Shown here piece after piece: positions 37,550-45,546 of a DNA stretch of 61,710 nucleotides. A program made the translations under genes and the position numbers. This DNA is from Eubacteriales Family XIII. Incertae Sedis bacterium. Lineage in GTDB: Bacteria; Bacillota; Clostridia; Peptostreptococcales; Anaerovoracaceae. The notes under the pieces were generated by a model. It did no database searches. It saw only the letters and a program-made list of their open reading frames with translations, and was not told where the DNA came from. Each line of letters starts with the position of its first letter. Positions within the stretch are counted from its first letter, which is position 1. The DNA lies in assembly GCA_031266795.1 (NCBI GenBank), contig JAISAI010000082.1, forward strand, positions 1-61,710, read 5' to 3'.

Positions 37550-38260
37550 ATGAGAAACGAAGACGATTCACTTAAAAAATATGTCAACGACCTGACGCAC
37601 AGCCTCCGTATGCCGCTGTCGATCATCATCGGCTACGCGGAGCTCTTGAAGCAGGGCCGCGTACCGGACGAGGCGACGCGCAGGCAGTACATCGGAAAGA
37701 TCTACGACCGGGCCACGTACATGAATGAGATACTCAGCAATTTCGTGTCCGAGACGGAGTTTGACCTCGGCGCGGATAACGTCGTCCGCGTGGCAGTCGA
37801 CGTCGTGGGGCTCATACGCGGCATCGCCGAAGACATGAAGCCGGTCGCGGAGGCGGAGGGCGTGCGGATCCGGGTCGAGAGCGAAGAGAAGAAGATCGAA
37901 GTCGAGTTGGACACCGTCCAATGGATGAAGATGTTCTACAATCTCGTGGACAACACGCTGAAATACAAGGGACGCAAGACGGACATCTGGATCACGGTGT
38001 CTACGGACGGGAACGGCTGGCTGCTCGTCGTCTTTCGCGACGAGGGCATAGGCCTCCCGGAAGCGGAGATAGCACACATCTTCGAACCTGATTACCGGGG
38101 CAGCAACAGCAGCGATGGGCACGGCTTCGGGCTGCATCACGCGAAGCATGTAGTGGAATCGCACGGCGGGGAGATTTCCGCAAAGGGCGGCGTCGGCAGG
38201 GGTCTCGGCGTCTACATACGCGTACCCGTCTCATCGCCCCGGGCGGAAAGGAGGCCGTAG
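37550..38260 (+). CDS. sensor-less cytoplasmic histidine kinase (DHp plus HATPase_c only, 236 aa)
   Basis: H-box: LTHSLRMPLSIIIGYAELL. N-box: VDNTLKY. G1: FRDEGIGL. G2: GHGFGLHHAK. No TM or sensor domain is possible because the ORF starts 4 nt after the ATPase stop. Confidence 0.85.
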   Translation: MRNEDDSLKKYVNDLTHSLRMPLSIIIGYAELLKQGRVPDEATRRQYIGKIYDRATYMNEILSNFVSETEFDLGADNVVRVAVDVVGLIRGIAEDMKPVAEAEGVRIRVESEEKKIEVELDTVQWMKMFYNLVDNTLKYKGRKTDIWITVSTDGNGWLLVVFRDEGIGLPEAEIAHIFEPDYRGSNSSDGHGFGLHHAKHVVESHGGEISAKGGVGRGLGVYIRVPVSSPRAERRP

Positions 38261-38647
38261 ATGGCGGTCTGCGCATGTACGGGAGCGAGCATGTTCTGCT
38301 CATTCGGCCTCGCGCCGTCCACCCTCAACGTGACGTCAAACCTAAAGGTGCTGACGTCCAAGCCCGCGGCGACCATCATGGACTTTCGGCCGATGGTCAA
38401 CATCCCGCCGTTTGGCATGTGTACGTCGCTCGCAAACCCGATGGTGGCGTCCGCGACGGCGGCGGCCCTCGGCGTGCTGACGCCCATGCCCTGCATCCCC
38501 AACACCATGGCCCCGTGGATCCCGGGCAGCCCCATGGTGATCATAGGGAATTATCCCGCCCTGTCAAGCACCTCGCAGCTGATCTGCGCCTATGGCGGCA
38601 TGATAAAAATCATCTCCCCCGGACAGATGAAGGTGCTTGTGCCGTAG
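38261..38647 (+). CDS. DUF4280 (PAAR-like) spike-tip protein
   Basis: CTGASMFCSFGLAPSTLNV...IMDFRPMVNIPPFGMCTSLANP...PCIPNT..PWIPGSPMVIIGNYPAL...LICAYGGMIKIISPGQ. The ATG directly abuts the kinase stop codon. Confidence 0.8.
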   Translation: MAVCACTGASMFCSFGLAPSTLNVTSNLKVLTSKPAATIMDFRPMVNIPPFGMCTSLANPMVASATAAALGVLTPMPCIPNTMAPWIPGSPMVIIGNYPALSSTSQLICAYGGMIKIISPGQMKVLVP

Positions 38648-38668
38648 GTGAGGGGGAGAAGCCCGCAT

Positions 38669-39301
38669 TTAACTGCTATGAAACCTCGTCCTCGCGTTGA
38701 TCGCGCGGACAAAAAATGTGACGCATATCATCGTCGCGGCGGCGATTGCCAAGACGGGTTTCGATGCGTTGTCGCCGCCTGACAGCGAAAACAGATACCA
38801 CACGCTGTCCTGCGGCACGCTCATCATGTTCATGAAAAAGTAGACGACGGAAACAAAATATCCGGCGATCGTATTGTCAAATATTCCGGCGATAAGGAAG
38901 CCGAGCGCACCGATGAAAAACGCGGTGGCGAAAGCGCCGAAGAGGTATTCGCAGACGGGGAAAACGCACCCGCGCGCGGACATGACACATACCAAGACGG
39001 CAATGATGAGCAGACAGATCAGCGAAGATAAAACCAATCGTATCACTATGGTTTTGCGGAACGAAAACGCCTTTGCCGCGATTACTTCCCGGACGCGCCT
39101 GTCCTGCTCGGGAGCGCACACGGACGTTATGAGGATAATGCCGGTCAATGAAACAAAGCGCTCCAAAAGAATGGCCGAAGCGTACCAATCGAGATGTCCC
39201 GTCCCTGCGAACAGTGAAACCGCCGCCGCAAACGCCGTCGCGACAAAGGCGGTTTTATAAAGAACGATCCTGAACTGGATTGCGATCAATCCTAAACACA
39301 T
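38669..39301 (-). CDS. ABC-2-type transporter permease-like membrane protein
   Basis: Six predicted hydrophobic helices. It is co-oriented and overlaps the upstream permease and ATPase genes. The start is uncertain (47-nt overlap if ATG 39301). Confidence 0.55.
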   Translation of the reverse strand: MCLGLIAIQFRIVLYKTAFVATAFAAAVSLFAGTGHLDWYASAILLERFVSLTGIILITSVCAPEQDRRVREVIAAKAFSFRKTIVIRLVLSSLICLLIIAVLVCVMSARGCVFPVCEYLFGAFATAFFIGALGFLIAGIFDNTIAGYFVSVVYFFMNMMSVPQDSVWYLFSLSGGDNASKPVLAIAAATMICVTFFVRAINARTRFHSS

Positions 39302-40637
39302 ATCTGATTTTCCCGATAACATCGATTCGGCCTTTTCTCTTTTGGCTGTACAGATAGGCGGATAGCAGCAGCAACGCGACGGCGAGAACAGAGTACATGA
39401 CGCGATTTACCGCCAAATCCCCCATGGATCCAGCTAAGGCCCCCCTCCCGCCGATGGTGTTGAACCTGACGATCAGCCCTGTTCCGAAAGGTCCGCCGAG
39501 CGCGTCCAAAGGCGTCACGATCAGGGTGATATAGCTCCAAACGAACTGGACGATGATAGCCGCCGGCGTGTCGGTCAGTATGGTAATGGCAAATCCGACG
39601 CTTGTAACGGTGAGGAGCGTCGGCAAAAGCCACGCCGCCTCGTATTTCAGAAAAGCGAGCGGGTCGACCGGCAACCCGTGCCCCCGGGCGAAAACGATCA
39701 ATTCTATCGTTGGGATGATAGATATAATAATAATGGGCAGTAATGTCATGACGACACAAGCGAGATACTTTGCCACAATGAGTTTGAGCGATGAAACGCG
39801 CCTCGGCATGATCAGTTCGTCGCCGCGCGCCCGCCTGTCACGCGTCATATAGTTCACGACGACAAAGATCGCGAAAAGCGCGATCACTATACCCATGTAA
39901 TCACAGAAATATCGGGCGTACGCGTTCGTTATCTTATCCTCATAGACGATGCTCCGGTATTCGGCGAGCCTATCTTCGTAGCCTGCCGGCCTTGAGGCAA
40001 ACAGCATGAGGTTTTTCTCGGCGTAGGGCGAGCCGCCGCCGATCAACTGATCCACCCGCCGCATGTATCGTTCAAACTCCTCATAGCTGATCTTTATCGG
40101 TATTTTTGAGCCGTAGTCCTCGTCCGAATTGGTCGCAAAGGGTATCGGCGTATCCAAGCCTTTGATCGACTCGCCAATTTCCGCGGGGGAAAGCCCCGTC
40201 ATATCGACGAGTATCCCGGCTATCTCATTTTGATCGTCACTCGGCGGCGTCGTGTGTTTCAGGAATCCCAGCGTGGAATAGTGGGTATACCTTCCCGCGC
40301 CCGCAGAATACATATACTCGGTCGCGAGCATGGCGCAGGCGTTCGGCATTGTCAGCTCGGGGATGACGACATTCTCTCTGCCGTAACTTTCCGGATCGCC
40401 CTGAGACGGAGAAATCAAAGGATTGGTTTCGGGGGCATAATTATAGCTGAATACGGTAAAACCGTCTTTGGCAGGAAAGCTGAACTCAATCTCCTCGCCG
40501 GTATCAACTTGTCTGATCTGATTATATAAATCAAACCCAAAATTCATGAAATAAAACACGACCACGATGACGACGAAAAGAAACCACGGGATGGTTTTGC
40601 GCACCGCCCTGCATTCCTTGAGGAACAGCCCCATCAT
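39255..40637 (-). CDS. ABC transporter permease with a large extracytoplasmic loop
   Basis: N-terminal TM, a ~230-aa loop, then 5 C-terminal TM helices. ATGA-type overlap with the ATPase gene. Confidence 0.6.
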   Translation of the reverse strand: MMGLFLKECRAVRKTIPWFLFVVIVVVFYFMNFGFDLYNQIRQVDTGEEIEFSFPAKDGFTVFSYNYAPETNPLISPSQGDPESYGRENVVIPELTMPNACAMLATEYMYSAGAGRYTHYSTLGFLKHTTPPSDDQNEIAGILVDMTGLSPAEIGESIKGLDTPIPFATNSDEDYGSKIPIKISYEEFERYMRRVDQLIGGGSPYAEKNLMLFASRPAGYEDRLAEYRSIVYEDKITNAYARYFCDYMGIVIALFAIFVVVNYMTRDRRARGDELIMPRRVSSLKLIVAKYLACVVMTLLPIIIISIIPTIELIVFARGHGLPVDPLAFLKYEAAWLLPTLLTVTSVGFAITILTDTPAAIIVQFVWSYITLIVTPLDALGGPFGTGLIVRFNTIGGRGALAGSMGDLAVNRVMYSVLAVALLLLSAYLYSQKRKGRIDVIGKIRYVFRIDRNPVQDRSL

Positions 40638-41347
40638 CCCTCACCGATAAGTTGCAGATAGGCTTCCTCGAGCGTGGCGCCGCCCTTTGTGAGACCTGTG
40701 ACGACCCCGTCGAAAACCACGGCGCCCTTGTCGAGAATGGCGAGATGGTCGCAGAGCTTTTCGACGTCCTCGACAATATGGGTGGAGAGAATGACGATGC
40801 GGTTTTCGGCCATATCGCCGAGCATGGCGCGAAAGCGTACGCGCTCGACAGGGTCGAGTCCGGAGGTAGGCTCGTCGACAATCAATACGGCGGGGTTGTG
40901 AATGATGGCCTGCGCCATGCCGAAGCGGCGCTTCATACCGCCGGACAACGCGCGAATGCGTTTCCTCCTCTCGTCGAACAAATTGACGCGGTTCAGTAGC
41001 TCGGGAATTCGCTCTTTTCTGACGTCCCGGCTCACGCCGGAGAGCAGGCCCAAATAGTCCAGCGCTTCATCGACGAACATATTGGGATAAAAAGAAAACT
41101 CCTGCGGCAAATACCCGATCAACGGGCGAAGCGTTTTTGTCTCGGAAATATCCGCCCCGCAGACCGTCGCCATGCCGCCGGTTTTGGGCAACAAGGTAGC
41201 GAGTATCCGCAGCAAGGTCGTTTTCCCCGCCCCGTTCCGGCCAAGCAAACCGAACACGCCCGGCCCGATCTTCAGCGAAACATCGTCGAGGGCAAGGAAT
41301 TTGCCATACCGCTTGGACAATCCGTCAGTAATTATTTCAATGTTCAT
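40634..41347 (-). CDS. ABC transporter ATP-binding protein
   Basis: Walker A: GLLGRNGAGKTT. Signature: LSGGMKRRFGMA. Walker B: LIVDEPTSGLD. Start set at MNIEIITDGL rather than the ORF-track start. Confidence 0.9.
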   Translation of the reverse strand: MNIEIITDGLSKRYGKFLALDDVSLKIGPGVFGLLGRNGAGKTTLLRILATLLPKTGGMATVCGADISETKTLRPLIGYLPQEFSFYPNMFVDEALDYLGLLSGVSRDVRKERIPELLNRVNLFDERRKRIRALSGGMKRRFGMAQAIIHNPAVLIVDEPTSGLDPVERVRFRAMLGDMAENRIVILSTHIVEDVEKLCDHLAILDKGAVVFDGVVTGLTKGGATLEEAYLQLIGEG

Positions 41348-41523
41348 TTTGAGATGATTTTCAGTATATCCACCACTTAATGTATCAACCCTTACACCGC
41401 GCCGGATTCCGTAAGGAGTCATGGGGCTGAGTTCTTGTTAACTTTTCTTTGGTTAGCACCATCAGTATACCATAGGCAAGGGGGATAATCCGAATCCGCC
41501 TTGCCTATCCGTTCAATCCTCTA

Positions 41524-41580
41524 ATGATTTACAGGTTGATGGAGGCGACTGAATACGAAGTGTTGAACTATTTTCTGTTG
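41524..41580 (+). repeat. orphan copy of the first ~56 nt of the GNAT gene (52/56 identical to 42587-42642)
   Basis: ATGATTTACAGGTTGATgGAGGCGACTGAATACGAAGtGTTGAACtATTTTCT versus ATGATTTACAGGTTGATtGAGGCGACTGAATACGAAGcGTTGAACgATTTTCT. The frame then decays. Confidence 0.8.
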
Positions 41581-41642
41581 CCACTTTGTTGCTGCCGTTT
41601 TGTAGTTAGTCTCATATCTTCATCATATTACGTTCAATATAA

Positions 41643-42353
41643 TCATCCATACATGACAATTCGAAAGACAAAAATCAGGAGCAAATGTACGGGATAAATA
41701 GCGTAGAATATATACTTATTAAGTTTCAGATGAGTGTTGGTATGTACATATATAAACGGCAAGGCGAGAATTGCGAAGAATTGTTTGTCGATTCCAAAGT
41801 CTTGAAGCATTATAAAATCGCCGGGGAGTTCCAAACACATCCAGGCGAGAACGAGCACGAAAGAAAGCCATCTTTTGTTACGAGTCAAATAAAAGATTAC
41901 AAATAAAGCAAGCCCGTTGACACCATAATCCAAACCAATGAACAATTCTACCGCCACTACCGGCAAAATCAACCACCAACGTTTTTTCAGATCTTGTATA
42001 GCCAATAAAATCAACAATCCCGCAATCAGTGTGAAAAAGATATTCAGGTTCAGCAAATTATTTGGAAAACTGATTGAGTTCGAACGAAGCGCCCATGGGT
42101 AAATCAGTTGTGAAATGACTCCGAACACGAGCAGGCGCATAAGGTATCTTTTTATATTTCGCGTGTACAAAAATCCTACTACAATACAATACGCAAACAG
42201 AGGGAAAGCAATACGCCCAACGATTGAAAGGACTACATTGTCCGGAAAGAAAACTTTGCCAACATGATCTAAAACCATGCTTATAACAGCAACTATTTTG
42301 AGGAAATCCGTGTCAGTATTTTGTCTGATTTTCGGAGATTGATTCATCGCCAT
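41643..42353 (-). CDS. TraX family membrane protein
   Basis: FLKIVAVISMVLDHVGKVFFP...GRIAFPLFAYCIVVGF in a polytopic protein. The local DNA is AT-richer. Confidence 0.8.
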   Translation of the reverse strand: MAMNQSPKIRQNTDTDFLKIVAVISMVLDHVGKVFFPDNVVLSIVGRIAFPLFAYCIVVGFLYTRNIKRYLMRLLVFGVISQLIYPWALRSNSISFPNNLLNLNIFFTLIAGLLILLAIQDLKKRWWLILPVVAVELFIGLDYGVNGLALFVIFYLTRNKRWLSFVLVLAWMCLELPGDFIMLQDFGIDKQFFAILALPFIYVHTNTHLKLNKYIFYAIYPVHLLLIFVFRIVMYG

Positions 42354-42586
42354 CCTACCACGTCAATCTATTGTGCATACAATTCAGTTATTCTATGCGA
42401 TAATTCAATGGGAAGCAAGTGGCATTCCGCATTTTGATAAGCAGGAACATCCAATGCCCTTCTTTCAATGTCAACGCAAACTTTTTGAGACCTTCGTGAT
42501 TGATCATCGGTTGTATAATTTAAAGGTATAATAAATGATAAGAAAAACATCGCATTGAAAGATGATGACACGTGAGGGTATGCCGG

Positions 42587-43108
42587 ATGATTTACAGGTT
42601 GATTGAGGCGACTGAATACGAAGCGTTGAACGATTTTCTCTATGAGGCAATCTTTATTCCGGATGGGGCGGAACCGCCGCCGCACGACGTGATTCTTACG
42701 CCGTCGCTCAATCATTACATCAAAGACTTCGGGCGAGTGGGCGACTGCTGTTTTGTATGCGAAGACGGCGGGCAAATTGTCGGCGCGGCGTGGTCTCGCA
42801 TTCTCGATGAACCGGAATGCAGAGGCTACGGCAACATAGGCGGCGGCATTCCGGAACTGGCCATCTCCGTCCTGCCGGAGTACCGTAACTGCGGAATAGG
42901 GACAAAACTACTCAACCGCTTGCATAGCTCGCTCAGCGCGGAGGGCTACGAACGAATCTCTTTGTCTGTCCAAAAGGCCAATCCCGCGCTTCGGCTGTAC
43001 GAGCGTAATGGGTATGAGACAATCAAAGCGCAGGATGAAGAGCTCATCATGGTCAAGCATCTGGGCTTGTGCTCCCGCCTTTCTGCTTGCACTCGAACAC
43101 TTCAGTGA
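42587..43108 (+). CDS. GNAT family N-acetyltransferase
   Basis: [10 protein letters not shown]...[55 protein letters not shown] (acetyl-CoA binding motif A). Confidence 0.85.
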   Translation: MIYRLIEATEYEALNDFLYEAIFIPDGAEPPPHDVILTPSLNHYIKDFGRVGDCCFVCEDGGQIVGAAWSRILDEPECRGYGNIGGGIPELAISVLPEYRNCGIGTKLLNRLHSSLSAEGYERISLSVQKANPALRLYERNGYETIKAQDEELIMVKHLGLCSRLSACTRTLQ

Positions 43109-43295
43109 TCGGAACGCCAAACACGCCCGCTATGCGGAACGCCAATTCCAAAGACGGCGTATATTTCCCTGCCTCCAACGCGATAATGGTCTGTCTTGAA
43201 GCCCCCGCCTTTTCCGCCAATTCGAGCTGCGTCATCTCGTCAGCGAAGAAACGAAGCCGACGGATATTGTTTGTGATAATCAGTTTCCTACCCAT
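43053..43295 (-). CDS. XRE-family helix-turn-helix transcriptional regulator (short, YozG-like)
   Basis: [59 protein letters not shown]. Confidence 0.85.
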   Translation of the reverse strand: MGRKLIITNNIRRLRFFADEMTQLELAEKAGASRQTIIALEAGKYTPSLELAFRIAGVFGVPITEVFECKQKGGSTSPDA

Positions 43296-43779
43296 TATGA
43301 ACGCCCCGCTCATAGAGATAGGCGGCCACCAGACCCTCGGCAACCGAACTCGCAAGGTACGAGCCGAACAGGATATGAAGCGCATATATTACTGGACAAC
43401 CTGTCGCAATCACGATAAGCGCGGCGATGAATCCAACACCCACGAGGATATATCCAATGTGTGCCGATTTCAAATTGATTAGTTTGTCCATTTCGTCATC
43501 GTACATTTCTGAGGAAACAATCCTCTCGATTTCTTTGTCATCAATGCCTGTTTCCCTCACTGCGGTTGAAACGGAGTAGACAATCTGGAGGATAATTTGA
43601 ATAACGATTTGTAAAACGACGCCGATGCCGATGAATATCAATATTGCGACCGCCCAACTTTTCAGGTCGTTTATTCCGGGCGCCTTGTTTCCCGTCACGT
43701 ATATCAAGTAGATGACTGCGAGAATCATACTTGCTACTACGCTGACAAGCGTTTTCGTTTTTTTTGTGCTGTAAGCCAT
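43288..43779 (-). CDS. small polytopic membrane protein co-transcribed with the XRE regulator
   Basis: Four hydrophobic helices. 8-nt overlap with the regulator start. Confidence 0.6.
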   Translation of the reverse strand: MAYSTKKTKTLVSVVASMILAVIYLIYVTGNKAPGINDLKSWAVAILIFIGIGVVLQIVIQIILQIVYSVSTAVRETGIDDKEIERIVSSEMYDDEMDKLINLKSAHIGYILVGVGFIAALIVIATGCPVIYALHILFGSYLASSVAEGLVAAYLYERGVHNG

Positions 43780-44073
43780 GGTGCTCTCCTTGTATAGTAA
43801 TCATTAAGGCAGAATCATCTGCCTACAGCCGATAACGACCTGACAAGCATCAAGTGAGAGATCTGATCATAGCAAACGATCTGAACCACACTGATCAGTA
43901 GCGCCGCATTCGTTCCCGAACCGTCCGGAGTATCGCATCTCCGTATCAAGTACGTCTCGAAGCATAGCGAACAAAGGTGTACCGATGCTGTCTTGCCGGA
44001 GCAACGCACCGGGCCGTTATCGGCAACAAGGCATCTTTCGATGCCCACAATTCATTGTCTTGTGCAACCAGTA

Positions 44074-44082
44074 TGAGATAAT
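44074..44082 (+). promoter_or_regulatory. extended -10 box TGAGATAAT upstream of the IS110 leader RNA
   Basis: A TGnGATAAT match. It ends ~10 nt before the first leader stem (44093). Confidence 0.4.
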
Positions 44083-44092
44083 GAACCTAACA

Positions 44093-44224
44093 GGTAGAGG
44101 GCGCTGTTGGCCTCCTTGAAGCAGCGACTTCGTACGAAAGGGTAGCGCCTCTGCCTTGCGGGTGAATGCGAATGAGCTGGATAGCGCGAGACGTTCAATA
44201 TCTAACAAGGTTGTATTCCGCAAG
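44093..44224 (+). ncRNA. putative IS110 bridge (seek) RNA: two adjacent internal-loop stem-loops
   Basis: Stem 1: 44093-44105 pairs with 44144-44155 (12 bp, one bulged G, one GU). Stem 2: 44155/56-44161 (CTTGCGG) pairs with 44218-44224 (CCGCAAG). There is no ORF here, and it lies 47 nt upstream of the transposase ATG. Confidence 0.45.
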
Positions 44225-44270
44225 CAGCAGAGGGTTTGGCTCTACCGTGTTAAGGAAAGAGGTGGTATCC

Positions 44271-45482
44271 ATGTATTACTGCGGAATCGACATTGCCAAA
44301 CGCAAACACGAGGTATCGGTCATTGACGAAGCCGGACATCTTCTGTCCAAGAGTTTCCCGATCGACAACTCTGCTGATGGTGCAGCTGTGCTGTTCGGGT
44401 TTTTCTCTGAGAACGGGATGGATAAATCCGATGTGCTGATTGGGATGGAGGCGACCGGCCACTACTGGCTGTCGCTTTATTCCTATCTTACGGAATCGGG
44501 TTGTGACGTCAAGGTCATCAACCCAATCACGTCTGACGCTTTCAGAAAGATGTATATCCGGCAGACAAAGAATGACTCTAAGGACTCTTTCGTCATTGCC
44601 CAGATCATGCGTTTCGGTGAATTCAACACCACCGAACTTTCCGAAGAAAACGTTATTGCTCTCAGGCAGCTCTCGCGATATCGCCTTTGCCTTGTCGAAA
44701 GCGTGGGGGATTGCAAGCGCCGCATCATCGCGCTTCTTGACCAAGTGTTCCCGGAGTATGCAAGCCTTTTCTCGGACACGTTCGGCGTGACATCGCTCGA
44801 GATCCTCACGAAATACCAGTCGCCCGAGGACTTGGCCAAGGTTCCGACGAAACGCCTTGCGGCATTTCTCTCCAAGGCGAGCAAAGGCCGCTTCAAGGAC
44901 GAGAAAGCCCGTGAGCTCAAAGCCGTTGCCAAAGGGTCTTTTGGCGTCGCCTTCGCCAAGGATGCGTTCGCATTCCAGATCAAGCAACTGGTAGACCAAC
45001 TCGTGTTCTTGGAAGGTCAGATTGCGGATTTGGAGAGCGAGGTCAATGTACTGATGAAGTCGATAGGCTCACCAATCACGACGATTACGGGTATTGGCCC
45101 CGTTCTTGGCGCCGCCATTCTCGGAGAGATCGGTGACATTAAGCGTTTCGACCATCCGTCGAAGCTCGTGGCGTTCGCGGGGCTTGACGTCAAGGTCGTG
45201 CAATCCGGCGAGTTCACAGGTACGCAGGGCAAGATGTCTAAGCGGGGTTCTCCCTATCTGCGGCGCGCTATCTGGCTCGCTGCCAATGTCGCGGCTTTTA
45301 GTGACCCGACAATGTCGGAATATTACCAGTCGCTCAGAAAACGAGGTAAACACCATCTCGTCGCCGTCAGCGGCGTCGCCCGGAAGATGTGCAACGTCAT
45401 CTTTGTCATCCTTTCGGAAAACAAGGTCTATGATCCGCACCACCCGCGCCCAGAGAACCATCCTGGTTCCACACGAACGTAG
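44271..45482 (+). CDS. IS110 family transposase/recombinase
   Basis: AAGGAAAGAGGTGG RBS. N-terminus: MYYCGIDIAKRKHEV. C-terminus: ITGIGPVLGAAILGEIGDIKRFDHPSKLVAFAGLDVKVVQSGEF.G..GKMSKRGSPYLRRAIWLAA. Confidence 0.92.
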   Translation: MYYCGIDIAKRKHEVSVIDEAGHLLSKSFPIDNSADGAAVLFGFFSENGMDKSDVLIGMEATGHYWLSLYSYLTESGCDVKVINPITSDAFRKMYIRQTKNDSKDSFVIAQIMRFGEFNTTELSEENVIALRQLSRYRLCLVESVGDCKRRIIALLDQVFPEYASLFSDTFGVTSLEILTKYQSPEDLAKVPTKRLAAFLSKASKGRFKDEKARELKAVAKGSFGVAFAKDAFAFQIKQLVDQLVFLEGQIADLESEVNVLMKSIGSPITTITGIGPVLGAAILGEIGDIKRFDHPSKLVAFAGLDVKVVQSGEFTGTQGKMSKRGSPYLRRAIWLAANVAAFSDPTMSEYYQSLRKRGKHHLVAVSGVARKMCNVIFVILSENKVYDPHHPRPENHPGSTRT

Positions 45483-45540
45483 GGTCATTATCTCAATATT
45501 CGGTTGCCAAGGTTCGTTTATTGCATAAGCGGATATGATT

Positions 45541-45546
45541 TGACAT
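45541..45546 (+). promoter_or_regulatory. orphan consensus -35 box TTGACA in the IS110 right end (candidate half of a junction promoter)
   Basis: Perfect TTGACA about 60 nt after the transposase stop. It faces the 3' end of a convergent gene, so it has nothing to drive in the linear arrangement. Confidence 0.35.

Noticed and set aside
42368-42775. 135-aa minus-strand ORF between traX and the GNAT gene
   Set aside because: It overlaps the GNAT start and its upstream region. There is no RBS and no recognisable motif, and composition differs from neighbouring genes.
43815-44048. 77-aa minus-strand ORF left of the IS110 element
   Set aside because: It is Cys/Arg-rich with no RBS and sits in a region better explained by RNA or DNA secondary structure.
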